A stretch of DNA of 64,000 nucleotides, from positions 24,537-88,536 of the forward strand of contig JAUSII010000122.1 of the NCBI GenBank assembly GCA_030648035.1, given 5' to 3'. How positions within the stretch are numbered: position 1 is the stretch's first letter; each line of letters opens with the position of its first letter. Origin of the DNA: Deltaproteobacteria bacterium (GTDB taxonomy: Bacteria > UBA10199 > SPLOWO2-01-44-7). Positions 19,707-31,100 of the stretch are shown piece after piece. Made by a program: the position numbers and the translations under genes. The notes under the pieces were generated by a model, which worked only from the letters and a program-made list of their open reading frames with translations, was not told the origin of the DNA and did no database searches.

Positions 19707-21551
19707 TTAAGGCCAAAGAACACTGACCCCTTTGGCTCTCAGGGCATCGATTTGGGAGGAGGGAATTTGGGGGTTACCTTCAAGACCTACAAGATCATCA
19801 CCGTGATCCAATCCACTATTGCTAATAAGAGGATTGATATCTGAAATTTGATTTTCAGTCAGGAGAAGTATGTGTAAATTAATAAGCGACGAGAGGGGAT
19901 TTAAATCTGATATTTGGTTCCCATTAAGAACAAGCGAATACATATTAGTAAGCGCTGAAAGAGGTGCCAAGTCTGATATCAGGTTTTCATGAAGGGTGAC
20001 TCCGGACAAATTAACGAGTGATGCGAGAGGAGACAGGTCTGATATTTGATTATTGTGAAGCACTAGCCCGCCCAAATGTGTGAGCGGCGAAAGAGGGCTG
20101 AGATCTGCAATCTGGTTGTGATCCATATCAATGTTGATCAAATGAATAAGCGATGAAAGGGGGGATATGTCCTGTATCAGATTGTAAGAAAGATAAAGCT
20201 CGGTAAAACTGGCACTGGTAAGCGACGCAAGTGGGCTTAAATCCGATATTTGATTTCTCATAAGACTAAGCCGACGCAAATGAACCAGTGGCAGAAATGA
20301 AAGTGGGGACAAATCTGATATTTGGTTTTCATCAAGGCTCAATTCATAGAGAAGATTAGCAAAACATTCCAAGCCTGACAAATCCTGGATGTGTTTCCCA
20401 TGTAAGCCAATCCACAAGCCTGCGCTTGTTCTGTTTAATGTATCTTGCAATGTGAGATCATCAGTCGGGCCTTTTTCTAAACCTTGTCTTATTGCATTCA
20501 AAAGATTGGAATCTGCAAATGCATCGGTGATAATACCATCTCCATCCGGATCACAGTGTGTTCTGATATTTTGAGGAACAGTACAAACAAACCCCTCGTC
20601 TATTGAGACATTACAGTTATCATCAATATCATTACAATCCTCAACAGCCCCCGGATTTATGTTACCGGCATTATCGTTGCAATCTCCCTCTACGTCGGTC
20701 CAGCCCGACGGATACTTCGAACTCGACAGGCTTGAGCAAACTTCAATGGAATCATTTAAACTTCCATAACCATCATTGTCTACGTCGTGATAAAGGCTCT
20801 TGAAATTGGTGCATTCCGGAGGACCTGCATCTTGATGCCCAGCGTCTGAATGCAAAACCGTTGCGCCAGCATCACGCGCCCCACCGTCCAAATGATCTTT
20901 CCCGCCATGCCATCCATCGACATCCATCTCATTATCGTTTTGACCATTCTGGGAAGGATATCCACAACCAAAAACAGCCATTGCTGAGGCCATTGCAACA
21001 TCACGCACACTCACTCCATTTTGATTCTCTGCCGTATACTTTCCTTTTGGTATCGTCCCTTCACCAAATTTGTAGAAATAGACGCCCGTAACACGGTGAA
21101 TATAATCTCTAAAACCTTCGTCCGATTTCCATCCAATGGATTGCGCAAACCATCCACTTTTTTGTGTTTTGGAATTTGTTATAGCTGGCTCTAAACTGTA
21201 AACATCATTTTTTGAGAATGATGCCAAAGCTCTGTGTTGATTATGGTCTACGGAGGACTTATTTTCCGGAGAACAAACACCTTTAATTGACCAGCCCATA
21301 TTATTAACCTTTCTCTTTCGCCACTCCGTGTAACCCCATACAGTAAGGGTTATCGTCGGTATAGCAAAAAAAGTTGCGTAAAGAGGACCATTAAAGTAGA
21401 GGGGTCCAACTTGGCCCCTTTTTCCGGTGCTTTTCACTCTCGTATCGGTGGCACTCACCGCTATTTTTCTGTATTCGCTATCTTGCTTATTTGGTAGTCT
21501 CCGTCTGATGTTTTTTATTTTCTCCAGGTTGTCTCTTCTTTTTTTGCTCAT
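19707..21551 (-). CDS. leucine-rich-repeat protein (internalin-like LRRs), signal-anchored
   Basis: At least 8 tandem 22-aa LRRs (LxxLxLxxNQISDLSPL) and an Asp-rich middle region. Confidence 0.8.
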   Translation of the reverse strand: MSKKRRDNLEKIKNIRRRLPNKQDSEYRKIAVSATDTRVKSTGKRGQVGPLYFNGPLYATFFAIPTITLTVWGYTEWRKRKVNNMGWSIKGVCSPENKSSVDHNQHRALASFSKNDVYSLEPAITNSKTQKSGWFAQSIGWKSDEGFRDYIHRVTGVYFYKFGEGTIPKGKYTAENQNGVSVRDVAMASAMAVFGCGYPSQNGQNDNEMDVDGWHGGKDHLDGGARDAGATVLHSDAGHQDAGPPECTNFKSLYHDVDNDGYGSLNDSIEVCSSLSSSKYPSGWTDVEGDCNDNAGNINPGAVEDCNDIDDNCNVSIDEGFVCTVPQNIRTHCDPDGDGIITDAFADSNLLNAIRQGLEKGPTDDLTLQDTLNRTSAGLWIGLHGKHIQDLSGLECFANLLYELSLDENQISDLSPLSFLPLVHLRRLSLMRNQISDLSPLASLTSASFTELYLSYNLIQDISPLSSLIHLINIDMDHNQIADLSPLSPLTHLGGLVLHNNQISDLSPLASLVNLSGVTLHENLISDLAPLSALTNMYSLVLNGNQISDLNPLSSLINLHILLLTENQISDINPLISNSGLDHGDDLVGLEGNPQIPSSQIDALRAKGVSVLWP

Positions 21552-23604
21552 CAGCCCGTTTCTTTTTTCGCCCGCCTCTTTAGCCCAAACGGATATGAGT
21601 CATTATTATGACGACACACAGAAACAGATGCAAAAGTCGGCCGAGGTCATCAACAAAATGGCGCAACAGCAGCAGCAAATGATGCAGAAATTGATGAACA
21701 CACCTCAAATGAAAAAAATGTCACAGAAAATGATGAAAGAGGGGGAAAAATATCATAACAATATGTTGGATGAATGGGATGTCGTGGTGCGTATGAACCT
21801 GCGATATTATCTGGAGCGCCACGACAGCGTCCAGTCAGATGGAAAAACGACACGCACCGACAGCCATGTTCTGTTGGAGGCCCAGCGTGACTTTAACGGA
21901 AAATTAATCAAGGCCTACACCCTCAACAAAAAGCATCCCGAAAAATATGAGTATGAGATAAATGGGCTCACCAGCGAAAAAGCCGATGTGAAAAAAGTGG
22001 CGTATGATTTGGCGATGCGCACTTCACCCAATGGGGGCCAGTCTCATTGTCACGGTGAAGCATGGAGCCAAGATCCCGGCTCAATTAGCGCAAAGCCTCT
22101 TGCAACAACAGAAAGCGCGGACAAAAGATATCACATCCATCTGGACGCCGGCATCACCATGGAAAGCCAAGACTGTTTTGCCTATCCGGTCCCTTATTTT
22201 AAAGCGGATCTTCTCCTCTCTAAAGACGATTTAGATGCCTTGATAAAAAAAGGATATTGGGAAAAAACATTTGATCAAAAATATCTTGCCGATGTGAACG
22301 CTGTGATCGGCGGTGCAGGTTGGCCCGGCGCGCCGCTTTACAGTCTGGTTTTGCTCGATCCGCAAAAATCCGGAAATTATCGGGACACACAGGTTCATAT
22401 CGAAATATTATTATCGCCGCGCATCAAGGGCCCGCATTTTGCCGCTTTCCCCAAGCAGACCCTCCACTTGCTCGATAATTATGTGACTCTCAAGGCGGAG
22501 TCGGTGCCGGGTTGGCAGGTGAGCGATATTAAACCAAAGGAAGGTTGGGCGGTCGCTTCAAAATATGTGAGAAAAGTTCCGGGGGCCAGCTCTTCCGGTT
22601 CCACTCTTCAATTAGCGCCATTAGCGCCGGGCAAAATTCATTTCGAAGTTGACTGGACAAGCCCCACCGGAAAAAAGGGAAAGAGTGATCCATTTGAATT
22701 TACGGTCGTGCAGCTCGAATTCAAAAAAGAGGGAAATTGCAACGGCTTTGATGATGTGGAATCGGATCCGGTGCCGACAGCCTCCATTTGCGTGGGTAAA
22801 GACAAAAATGTTTTACTGGAGGCCCTGCCAAGGGGTGTGCAAGTCGAGACCCGATTAGAAGCCGCTGATAGAAACGCCTTTCAGATAACGCCGCAAACGG
22901 TTCCCGGTTTTTCAGCTGAGCCGCAAAAAATCACGCTTCAGGGAATCAGCCCCAAACAAGATTCTACACTGACGGCCAAAATCAAAATCGGTGACGATGA
23001 TGAAGAATATCAGGTGGCTGCACAAATTATCACCGACACCCTCAAAATGCGTGATATCAAAGTGCTCCCATTTTTTCTCGATTCCGACCCACTGTCTTTG
23101 GTGCCACCCAGAATCAACGATATGTTCAATCAGGCTAAAACAGATTTGAAGCAGGCTTGTGTGACGCTCGATGTTCTACCAACCGAAACCCTCAAACCAA
23201 AAGAGGTTCCCAGTTATTTAGGCGGCGCCTCGATCCGTTATGATTTGGAAAACTGGAAACCTCTGGTCGATTATTCCCGCAAACTGGCAAATCACAAAGA
23301 TCAGGAGCTGACTGTTTTTATTGTCCCTCTCATTGTGACGCAAAAAGTGGATGCAAAAGGAAATATGACTCAAGACATAAATCCATTGGGTTTTCAAAAT
23401 GCCGACTATGTTTTTGTTTCGGAAGCGAGTTTTCCCCAACATATTCACGTTCTGGGGCACGAAATCGGCCACTATATTTTTAAAGATATGTATGTCTCAC
23501 TGGAGGGGTCAACCCACACCGATTTTTCCGATATGCTGATGTATCATACCAGCTCTAAAAAGTGTGAAATCCACCATGAGGAATGGCGCAATATTTCCCG
23601 TTAA
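21508..23604 (+). CDS. secreted hypothetical protein with C-terminal HExxH motif (putative Zn-metalloprotease)
   Basis: Signal peptide ...SPASLA|QTD; HVLGHEIGHYIF near the C-terminus. Start uncertain; divergent overlap with the LRR gene. Confidence 0.55.
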   Translation: MFFIFSRLSLLFLLISPFLFSPASLAQTDMSHYYDDTQKQMQKSAEVINKMAQQQQQMMQKLMNTPQMKKMSQKMMKEGEKYHNNMLDEWDVVVRMNLRYYLERHDSVQSDGKTTRTDSHVLLEAQRDFNGKLIKAYTLNKKHPEKYEYEINGLTSEKADVKKVAYDLAMRTSPNGGQSHCHGEAWSQDPGSISAKPLATTESADKRYHIHLDAGITMESQDCFAYPVPYFKADLLLSKDDLDALIKKGYWEKTFDQKYLADVNAVIGGAGWPGAPLYSLVLLDPQKSGNYRDTQVHIEILLSPRIKGPHFAAFPKQTLHLLDNYVTLKAESVPGWQVSDIKPKEGWAVASKYVRKVPGASSSGSTLQLAPLAPGKIHFEVDWTSPTGKKGKSDPFEFTVVQLEFKKEGNCNGFDDVESDPVPTASICVGKDKNVLLEALPRGVQVETRLEAADRNAFQITPQTVPGFSAEPQKITLQGISPKQDSTLTAKIKIGDDDEEYQVAAQIITDTLKMRDIKVLPFFLDSDPLSLVPPRINDMFNQAKTDLKQACVTLDVLPTETLKPKEVPSYLGGASIRYDLENWKPLVDYSRKLANHKDQELTVFIVPLIVTQKVDAKGNMTQDINPLGFQNADYVFVSEASFPQHIHVLGHEIGHYIFKDMYVSLEGSTHTDFSDMLMYHTSSKKCEIHHEEWRNISR

Positions 23605-23607
23605 GAT

Positions 23608-23632
23608 CAGGGGCCAAGTCTTGACTTTTCTT
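23608..23632 (-). repeat. solitary copy of the 35-bp element (CCAAGTCTTGACTTTTC)
   Basis: Exact reverse complement of GAAAAGTCAAGACTTGG from 15749-15765. Confidence 0.6.
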
Positions 23633-24080
23633 ATGGAAGGCGCGACATCATTTTCTGGCCAATCCGGATTATTTTTTCGTCACTGCAGGGTATCAGCATA
23701 CAGCTGACATTCACGCAAACGGGACCTTTAATCAAAAATAGAGACCCTTTGTCAGGCACAAGAAAGGAACCCTTGCCAAGACTGGGAACCATTTTGAAGT
23801 CTTGATAAGGACTCGGCTTACAAGATTCTGCGGGATCAAACAAAATGGTCAAAGCCCCTTTTTTATCGACAGTGCCAAGGGTGTATTCACAACCAATGGT
23901 CTGTATTTCCCATTGGCCGCCAAAATCGGCTACAGCATCTTGTTTCGTATACGGCAGTCCTCCGGAAGCGGTTCTGTATGGAGCGCAAGAATTACTCTCC
24001 GCCCCCCGAGCTTCCTGGAATTGTGAATACATCACACAGCAGACGATGAACAATAACGATACAACAATTTTTTGAACCAT
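23631..24080 (-). CDS. secreted hypothetical protein (149 aa)
   Basis: Signal peptide and 7 Cys. Confidence 0.5.
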   Translation of the reverse strand: MVQKIVVSLLFIVCCVMYSQFQEARGAESNSCAPYRTASGGLPYTKQDAVADFGGQWEIQTIGCEYTLGTVDKKGALTILFDPAESCKPSPYQDFKMVPSLGKGSFLVPDKGSLFLIKGPVCVNVSCMLIPCSDEKIIRIGQKMMSRLP

Positions 24081-24105
24081 GGGACACCTCCTTGGTATTG
24101 GTGAA

Positions 24106-25443
24106 TCACATTTTAAATTTCTTTTTCAAAGCATCCAGATCCTCCTGCCTTGCGCGCACACAGAGACAGGTGCCTTTGTCATCGTAGGATTCAGAGATCA
24201 CGCGCATCCGATTGCGAATCTCTCCGATCACTCCGGGGGTGGTGTACGGGATGAAGAGTTCGCTCTCAATCATGTCTGTTTCAAAAAAACCGATGATGGC
24301 ATCTCTTAAATACCGGATATTCTCTTTGTCAAAAGTCGAAATAAAAAATGCTTTTGGAAATTCTTTTTTTAACTGCAAAATTTCCGGCTCTTTCAGCAGA
24401 TCGCATTTGTTGAGCACCAACCAACTTGGGTTTTCGCCGGCACCGACTTCGCTTAAAACATTTTGCGTCACTTTCAGTTGACTGCGAAACGTCGGATCAG
24501 AGGCATCCACCAGATAGAGCAACAACGACGCATTCAATGCCTCATCCAAAGTTGATTTAAAGGAGGCGATAAGATCGTGGGGCAATTTTTTGATGAACCC
24601 GACGGTATCCGACAAAAGTATTCTGGGATGCGTCTCGGGATAGAGGGGCCTGATCGTGGTGTCGAGAGTTGCAAAAAGTTTGTCGGCCACCAGAACGTCG
24701 ATGCCGGTCATGACTTTCATCAGCGAAGATTTGCCGGCGTTGGTGTAACCGACAAGCGCCACCGCATTTTCCCGGTCTCGCCTTGCCCGCCGCACCTCAT
24801 GTTCATTGGCAATAGAGGCGAGTTCACTTTTTAATTCTTTGATGCGGTCCCGAATCTTGCGGCGATCCAGCTCCAGTTTGGTCTCACCGGCACCGACGCC
24901 ACCACCGCCAACCTGTTTGTCGTTGCCGGTTTCGCGAAGTCGCGGCGCCAGATAAGTGAGCCTTGCAATCTCCACCTGCAGACGGGCCGATCGCGTGCGC
25001 GCATGACGGCCGAAAATTTCGATGATCACACCGGTGCGATCGAGCACCGTCACACCGGTCGCACTTTCCATGTTGCGGAGTTGCGAAGGCGACAGCTCAC
25101 AATCGACCACGACAAGGTCGGCCTTCTCCTTGGGCAATTCAGTGTCGCCACCCTCTTCTTCTTCATCCACTGTTTTTGTTTTTGAAAATTGCAAGGCGGC
25201 TTTATGAATTTTTCGTTTCACAAGAGATTGAACAACACCGGTGCCCCCCGTCCACTGGGCCAGAATTTCCAGTTTGCCCTCCCCAAGAAAGAGGGGCGTT
25301 TTCAAAGAAGATTTTTTTTGGGAAACCTCGCCCACGACTTGGTGACCCAGAGTTTTGACCAGACGGCCAAGCTCTTTCATCGAAGCTTTGTGTTCTTCTG
25401 AAGTCGTTTTGGGAAGTTGAATTCCAACCAGAATAGTTTTCAT
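24106..25443 (-). CDS. hflX: GTPase HflX
   Basis: HflX N-domain plus G-domain (G1 GYTNAGKSS, DTVGF, NKCD). Confidence 0.9.
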   Translation of the reverse strand: MKTILVGIQLPKTTSEEHKASMKELGRLVKTLGHQVVGEVSQKKSSLKTPLFLGEGKLEILAQWTGGTGVVQSLVKRKIHKAALQFSKTKTVDEEEEGGDTELPKEKADLVVVDCELSPSQLRNMESATGVTVLDRTGVIIEIFGRHARTRSARLQVEIARLTYLAPRLRETGNDKQVGGGGVGAGETKLELDRRKIRDRIKELKSELASIANEHEVRRARRDRENAVALVGYTNAGKSSLMKVMTGIDVLVADKLFATLDTTIRPLYPETHPRILLSDTVGFIKKLPHDLIASFKSTLDEALNASLLLYLVDASDPTFRSQLKVTQNVLSEVGAGENPSWLVLNKCDLLKEPEILQLKKEFPKAFFISTFDKENIRYLRDAIIGFFETDMIESELFIPYTTPGVIGEIRNRMRVISESYDDKGTCLCVRARQEDLDALKKKFKM

Positions 25444-26435
25444 AATTTGAATCGCACTTTCAGTTCTGCCAAGGTTAACCGCTCTTCTTTCTGCAGTCGA
25501 CGAATTTCTTCAATCTGCAGAATCGCCTCTGGTGCATACAAATGATAACCCCCCTGGGAAAGTCTGTTTTCACGCAACAATCCTTCTTTGGTCCAATGAC
25601 GAATCGTGGCCGTGGTTTCACCGGTGGCCATGGCCAAGGCTCCGATTTTGAGAAGTTTATCCAGCGCGGGACTGGCAGGTGGCGCTTCTCCCTCCAACAT
25701 CTGTAACATCTCATCCAATGATCGAATGATGGCTGTGTAAATCACATGATAATATTTTTCTGCGCCTCGCCCCAACTGTGCACTCTCAATGCTTTTGATA
25801 TACTCCAACCGGTCTTCTTTGCGAATAAGCGCTGGTGGCAATTTCGTTTGCATCAGCAATAGATCCATCAGCAATCGCCCCGCACGGCCATTACCATCCA
25901 CAAACGGATGAATGCTTACAAAATTGAGATGGGCATCGGCGGCAATGGTGGCAGGATGCAGAGTGAGATTGCCATGCAACCATTGCATCAACTCCTGCAT
26001 AAGCGCAGAAATTTTCAACGGATTCGGCATGACAACGGTTGACCCCGAAATACGCACCGGAACTCTGCGATAGACACCGGCATTGTTATCATCAATGCCG
26101 TGGAGAATGATCGCGTGAATATCGAGCAGGGTTTTTTCGGCAATCTCATTGCGGGAGTGATCACAGAGCGTTGCAATAAAATCAAAAGCGCGGGCATGGT
26201 TGACCGCCTCGAGCTGTTCCACCAGCGTCTTGCCCGCAACAGTCAGGCCCTTCTCCACCACCAACGCAGTTTCCTGGCGCGTGAGAGTGTTACCCTCGAT
26301 GGCGTTAGAGGTGTAGGTCAGCTCAATTCGAAACCAAGCTTCGATATTCTTGAAAAATTCGGGTGTAAATGGCCGATGGTCGTCCAGTGCCTTGCACTTC
26401 TGGTCTATTATAAGGAGAAGGTCTTTCAAGACCAT
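25440..26435 (-). CDS. Fic family protein with C-terminal MerR-like HTH
   Basis: Fic motif HPFVDGNGRAGR; N-terminal inhibitory-type SNAIEGN ([ST]xxxE[GN]). The 4-nt overlap with hflX suggests an operon. Confidence 0.85.
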   Translation of the reverse strand: MVLKDLLLIIDQKCKALDDHRPFTPEFFKNIEAWFRIELTYTSNAIEGNTLTRQETALVVEKGLTVAGKTLVEQLEAVNHARAFDFIATLCDHSRNEIAEKTLLDIHAIILHGIDDNNAGVYRRVPVRISGSTVVMPNPLKISALMQELMQWLHGNLTLHPATIAADAHLNFVSIHPFVDGNGRAGRLLMDLLLMQTKLPPALIRKEDRLEYIKSIESAQLGRGAEKYYHVIYTAIIRSLDEMLQMLEGEAPPASPALDKLLKIGALAMATGETTATIRHWTKEGLLRENRLSQGGYHLYAPEAILQIEEIRRLQKEERLTLAELKVRFKL

Positions 26436-26650
26436 AGAGTATAACGTTACACTTTATGGTTTGTCAACCGTGCAGAAGGAAGCGGCTACCTTCTGCAACG
26501 AGATCGGCGCCAAATGGATTGAGGTGCTTATAATGACATTTCCATGGCACTTCGTTGCAGAAGGTAGCCGCTTCCTTCTGCAGTCAGTCAAAGAAATAGG
26601 CCGACATCTCTTGACACACAGCACTGAAATCGACTAAGTGCTCACAACTT

Positions 26651-28066
26651 ATGAAAAATTTTACCGAACTGGATTTAAACCCTGCATTGAAGCGCGCCAT
26701 TGCGGATCTGAAGTATGAAATACCGACGCCCATTCAGGCCCAGGCCTTGCCAATTTTGCTGGGCAAGCCGACCGACTTTATCGGATTGGCCGCCACGGGC
26801 ACGGGCAAGACAGCCGCATTTTCGATTCCCCTGCTCGAACGCATCGATCCTTCCCTGCGCAAACTTCAGGGTCTGGTGCTCTGCCCCACTCGCGAGTTGG
26901 CGATGCAGGTCTCCGGTCAGATCACTCTTATGGGCAAGCACCTGGGCATTCGGGCCCTTCCCATTTATGGTGGCTCTGAATATGGCAACCAGATCAGCGG
27001 CCTTAAAGCCGGTATCAGCGTGGTGGTTGGCACTCCGGGGCGACTGGTCGATCATATCAACCGGGGCACACTGAAGCTCGGCGATCTCAAAGCCCTTATT
27101 CTGGATGAGGCCGACGAAATGATTTCGATGGGTTTTAAAGACGATCTCGAAGCCATCTTGAAAGCCGCGCCTCACAAAGAAAATAATATCTGGCTTTTTT
27201 CTGCAACGATGAGCCGGGACGTGCGGAGAGTCGCCGATACTTATCTGAAAAATCCGGTGACAGTGCAGGTGAACAAAAAAGAGATGCTCTCAAACACCGT
27301 CGAGCAGATTTATTATTCCACCAACGAATCCAACAAACCGGAAGTGCTCTGCAAGCTGATCGATATTGCCGAAGATTTTTACGGCCTCGTTTTTTGCCAG
27401 ACCAAATCGCTGGTTATCGATCTCACCAGCTTCCTCAACGAGCGCGGTTACAAGGTCGATTGTCTGCACGGCGACAAAGATCAAAAATCGCGCGAGCGCA
27501 CCATGCAATCATATCGTGATCGCCGCGTGAGCATTTTGATTTGCACCGACGTGGCTTCGCGCGGGCTGGATGTGAAAGATGTCACCCACGTCATCAACTA
27601 TTCCCTGCCCCGCGAACTCGACAGCTATGTCCACCGCATCGGCCGCACCGCCCGCAGTGGCAAGCCCGGTTTTGCCATGAGCCTTGTAGCCCCCATGAAT
27701 CGTCATCTCATTCCACGCATTGAAAAGATGACCAACAGCCGCATGCGCGAGGGAAAGATACCTTCCGGCAAAGACATTTTCAAAAAGAAAATCAAAAAAA
27801 TTCTCTCCGAATTTAACAACCAGAAAACTTTCACCCGCGCCATGGAAATGATGGAAGACACCTGGAAAACGGAAACGGAACACATGACCAAAGAAGAGAT
27901 CATCGGCCGATTTCTGGTGATGGGATTTCCGGCCATGTTTGAAGGTGCCAAAGAAGCCCCTCCCCAGCAACGCACTCCCCCTCGCCGTGATTTTAAACAT
28001 GACACCCGCCCAAGCCACAAACATGCTTCAGGCGGCGGTCATCGTCACCACAAACGCAGAGGCTGA
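26651..28066 (+). CDS. DEAD-box ATP-dependent RNA helicase
   Basis: Q-motif, AxTGTGKT, DEAD, SAT and HRIGRTAR motifs, with a basic C-terminal tail. Confidence 0.9.
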   Translation: MKNFTELDLNPALKRAIADLKYEIPTPIQAQALPILLGKPTDFIGLAATGTGKTAAFSIPLLERIDPSLRKLQGLVLCPTRELAMQVSGQITLMGKHLGIRALPIYGGSEYGNQISGLKAGISVVVGTPGRLVDHINRGTLKLGDLKALILDEADEMISMGFKDDLEAILKAAPHKENNIWLFSATMSRDVRRVADTYLKNPVTVQVNKKEMLSNTVEQIYYSTNESNKPEVLCKLIDIAEDFYGLVFCQTKSLVIDLTSFLNERGYKVDCLHGDKDQKSRERTMQSYRDRRVSILICTDVASRGLDVKDVTHVINYSLPRELDSYVHRIGRTARSGKPGFAMSLVAPMNRHLIPRIEKMTNSRMREGKIPSGKDIFKKKIKKILSEFNNQKTFTRAMEMMEDTWKTETEHMTKEEIIGRFLVMGFPAMFEGAKEAPPQQRTPPRRDFKHDTRPSHKHASGGGHRHHKRRG

Positions 28067-28161
28067 AAAACCAAAGCGGGATTCAATTTCACATTGAAAG
28101 CACTCACAAGTCCCTTTTAATTGACGCCCAAATAAATAACTGTTAGGGACGGGAATCTCTT

Positions 28162-31100
28162 ATGGCATATGATTTTAAAAATGATGTTCGCCCGAAACCA
28201 TTTTCAAACGGGCTTTTAAGGTCATATCAAACAGGTGCCGAAAGCCATCCCAACCAAAACCATGATGTCTTGCAAACAGCCGCAAGCGGATATCAACACA
28301 AAACACCTGCTCTTTGGGAACGTATATTATTATCCCAGCCGGGGCTGGTGCTTGGATTCGCACTGTTTGCAGTTCTGACCGGATGCACGAGCGACACATC
28401 ACCCGGAAGTCCGGCATCACCCTCACCCACAACAACGCCCACACCGCAACCGGTAGATGCCGGAGTTTCAGAGGAGCCTTGCACGCCGAGCCAGGAATTT
28501 TGCGACGGACAAGACAACGATTGCGATGGTGAAACCGACGAGGATTATGCGGAGCGAACCCAAACCTGCGGCAAGGGAGCCTGTGCCAATACACAACCAG
28601 TTTGCGCCAACGGAAAAGCCCAACCCTGCTATGCGTTTGACGAAAATAGTTCTCCAGAAATTTGCGATGCCATTGACAATGACTGCGACGGTTACACCGA
28701 TGAACAATTTGATCTGGGGACAAAAATGGTGGGTGAAGGAGAATGCCGCCGACGAGTTGATAATTGCCGGGATGGACAAACCAATAATCCCGACCCGCTT
28801 CAGGGGGCTATATCGGAATCATGCGACCGACTTGACAATGATTGCGACGGCGCAACGGATGAAGAGCTTGGAGAAACCTCCTGCGGTTTGGGTGAATGTG
28901 AACATTCCATTTCAAATTGTCTGCATGGCGCCCTTCAATATTGCGACCCTCTTCAACACCGGCAGGAAGAGCGTTGCGACGGACTCGACAATGATTGCGA
29001 CGGTTCCACAGACGAAGAATTGTATCGCCCCTATTATAGCGGCAGACCAGGGACCATGGGGATCGGGGCCTGTCATTCTGGCATGGCCGTCTGTATCAAC
29101 GGACTGATGGATAATAATTTTCTTGTTGAAAATACAGCTCGGCCGGAAGTTTGCAACGGCGCAGATGACGATTGCAACGGACGTGTGGACGATGTGAATA
29201 TTCCCGAAATTTGCAACAGCTTGGATGATGATTGCGATGGCGATACGGATGAAAATATCCGCAATTGTCTCCGCGGTGAAATCTGCAATCCACAACCGGA
29301 AATTTGTAACGGCCGTGATGATGACTGCGATGACTTTGTTGACGAAAATCTGACCGAAAATTTTTATCCCGAATCCGACTTTCCCCTCACAGCGGGCATC
29401 GGCCCCTGTCTTGCGGGATTGAGAATGTGCATCGGAGAGAGATGGATGCCGGTTTCCTCTCCGATTACCCCCCATGCAGAAATGTGCGACGGCATCGACA
29501 ACGATTGCAATGGAGAGGTCGACAACGATCTGGGAATTTTTCCATGTGGGTTGGGAGATTGCCGACATATGATTGCCGTTTGTGAAAACAGCACACTTCA
29601 ATTTTGCACTCCCGATGAAGCTGTTCTGGGAGCGGCAGAGGAGACCTGTGATAACTCCGACAACGACTGCGATGGAACCATCGATGAAAATATTTTTCGG
29701 GAAGGCCGCTATCCGGGGCCAGAGGAAAGCCGGGATGTGGGACTTTGCCGTCCGGCCTTGGAATCCTGTATTTTTGAAGAGTGGCGTGAGGTGTCGTCCC
29801 CCATTGTGCCTGCTCTGGAATCTTGTGATTTGCAGGACAACGATTGCGATGGTTTGGCGGATGAGACAGCCGATCTCGGAACAACCACCTGCGGCTTGGG
29901 GCCGTGTGAAAACACCGTCGATAATTGTATCGGCGGAGCTTTACAGGTTTGCGCACCTCTCGATGTCGCCTTTCCCGAAGCCTGCGATACACTCGACAAC
30001 GATTGCGATGGAGCCAGCGATGAAACAGCCGATCTCGGAACAACCACCTGCGGCTTGGGGGCTTGCGAACACACGGCGGACAATTGCTTCAAAGGGGCGC
30101 TTCAGTTGTGCAATCCCATGGAAGGGGCTTCGCTGGAAGCATGCAACTCTATCGATGATGATTGCGACGCGGGCACAGATGAAGTCGAAGATCTGGGGAG
30201 ATCCACTTGCGGTGTGACCCCTTGTGAAAATACCGTCGACAACTGTGTCAACGGAGTCATCAATGCCTGCGATCCTTTTTTGGGGTCATCGGGAGAAACA
30301 TGCGACAACATTGACAACGACTGTGACAGCGAAACCGATGAAACAGCCGACTTGGGGCAAACCAGTTGCGGATTTGGGGCCTGCCAAAATACCGAGGACA
30401 ATTGTGTCGATAACCAGCCGCACGGCTGTACTCCGCTGAATAACAGCTCTCTGGAAATTTGCGCTGATGGAGTCGACAACAACTGCAACGGCCAGACCGA
30501 TGAGCTCTCTGTTGCCCCATCCCCCACGCACCCTTTGGCAGCAGGCCCCTATCCGGCCACACGCATCTATTTTTCATGGTCTCCGCTGGTGGCGGTTAAT
30601 CCACCGAGTTATGAACTCTGCTGGACTACCGGCGGTATCGCCGCGATTGATACTACAAATGAATGTCCGAACCGGACGGTGGTTTCCGGAAAGTCTTTTC
30701 ATGTTCTGGAAAATGTCACTCCCAACGCAACCCATATCTGGAAAGTAAGGGCTTTGTGCAAAGCCTCCGGTGTCGAGACAGCCCCTTACAGCGTGCCGCG
30801 AGCTTTCAGCGTCGATGACTCACTCATCGCCTGGTATAAATTCAACGCCAATGGCAACGGAATCGAAACCGATTATAGCGGTCATCTCTACAACGGCAAT
30901 TGGGTCGGCACAAACTTGGCCACACCACCACGGTTGGGCAACGGAAGTTTTTGCAACAGCATGGCGATGGGGCATGTGCTGACGGGGGCACTCTGTCTTG
31001 ATGGCGGCGATGACTATCTGGCTGTTCCCGCCCGAACCGATTTCAATCTGACTTATGAAGTTTCCGCCATGGCGTATCTCCATCCCAATGTGGCCACAAC

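Noticed and set aside
28175-30577. Multiple 100-230-aa ORFs on both strands inside the MopE-like gene (e.g. 28912-29601 minus, 29465-30043 minus, 29573-30217 plus)
   Set aside because: Repetitive GC-rich coding sequence generates long shadow frames; only the plus-strand frame of 28162-31572 gives the coherent Cys-repeat protein.
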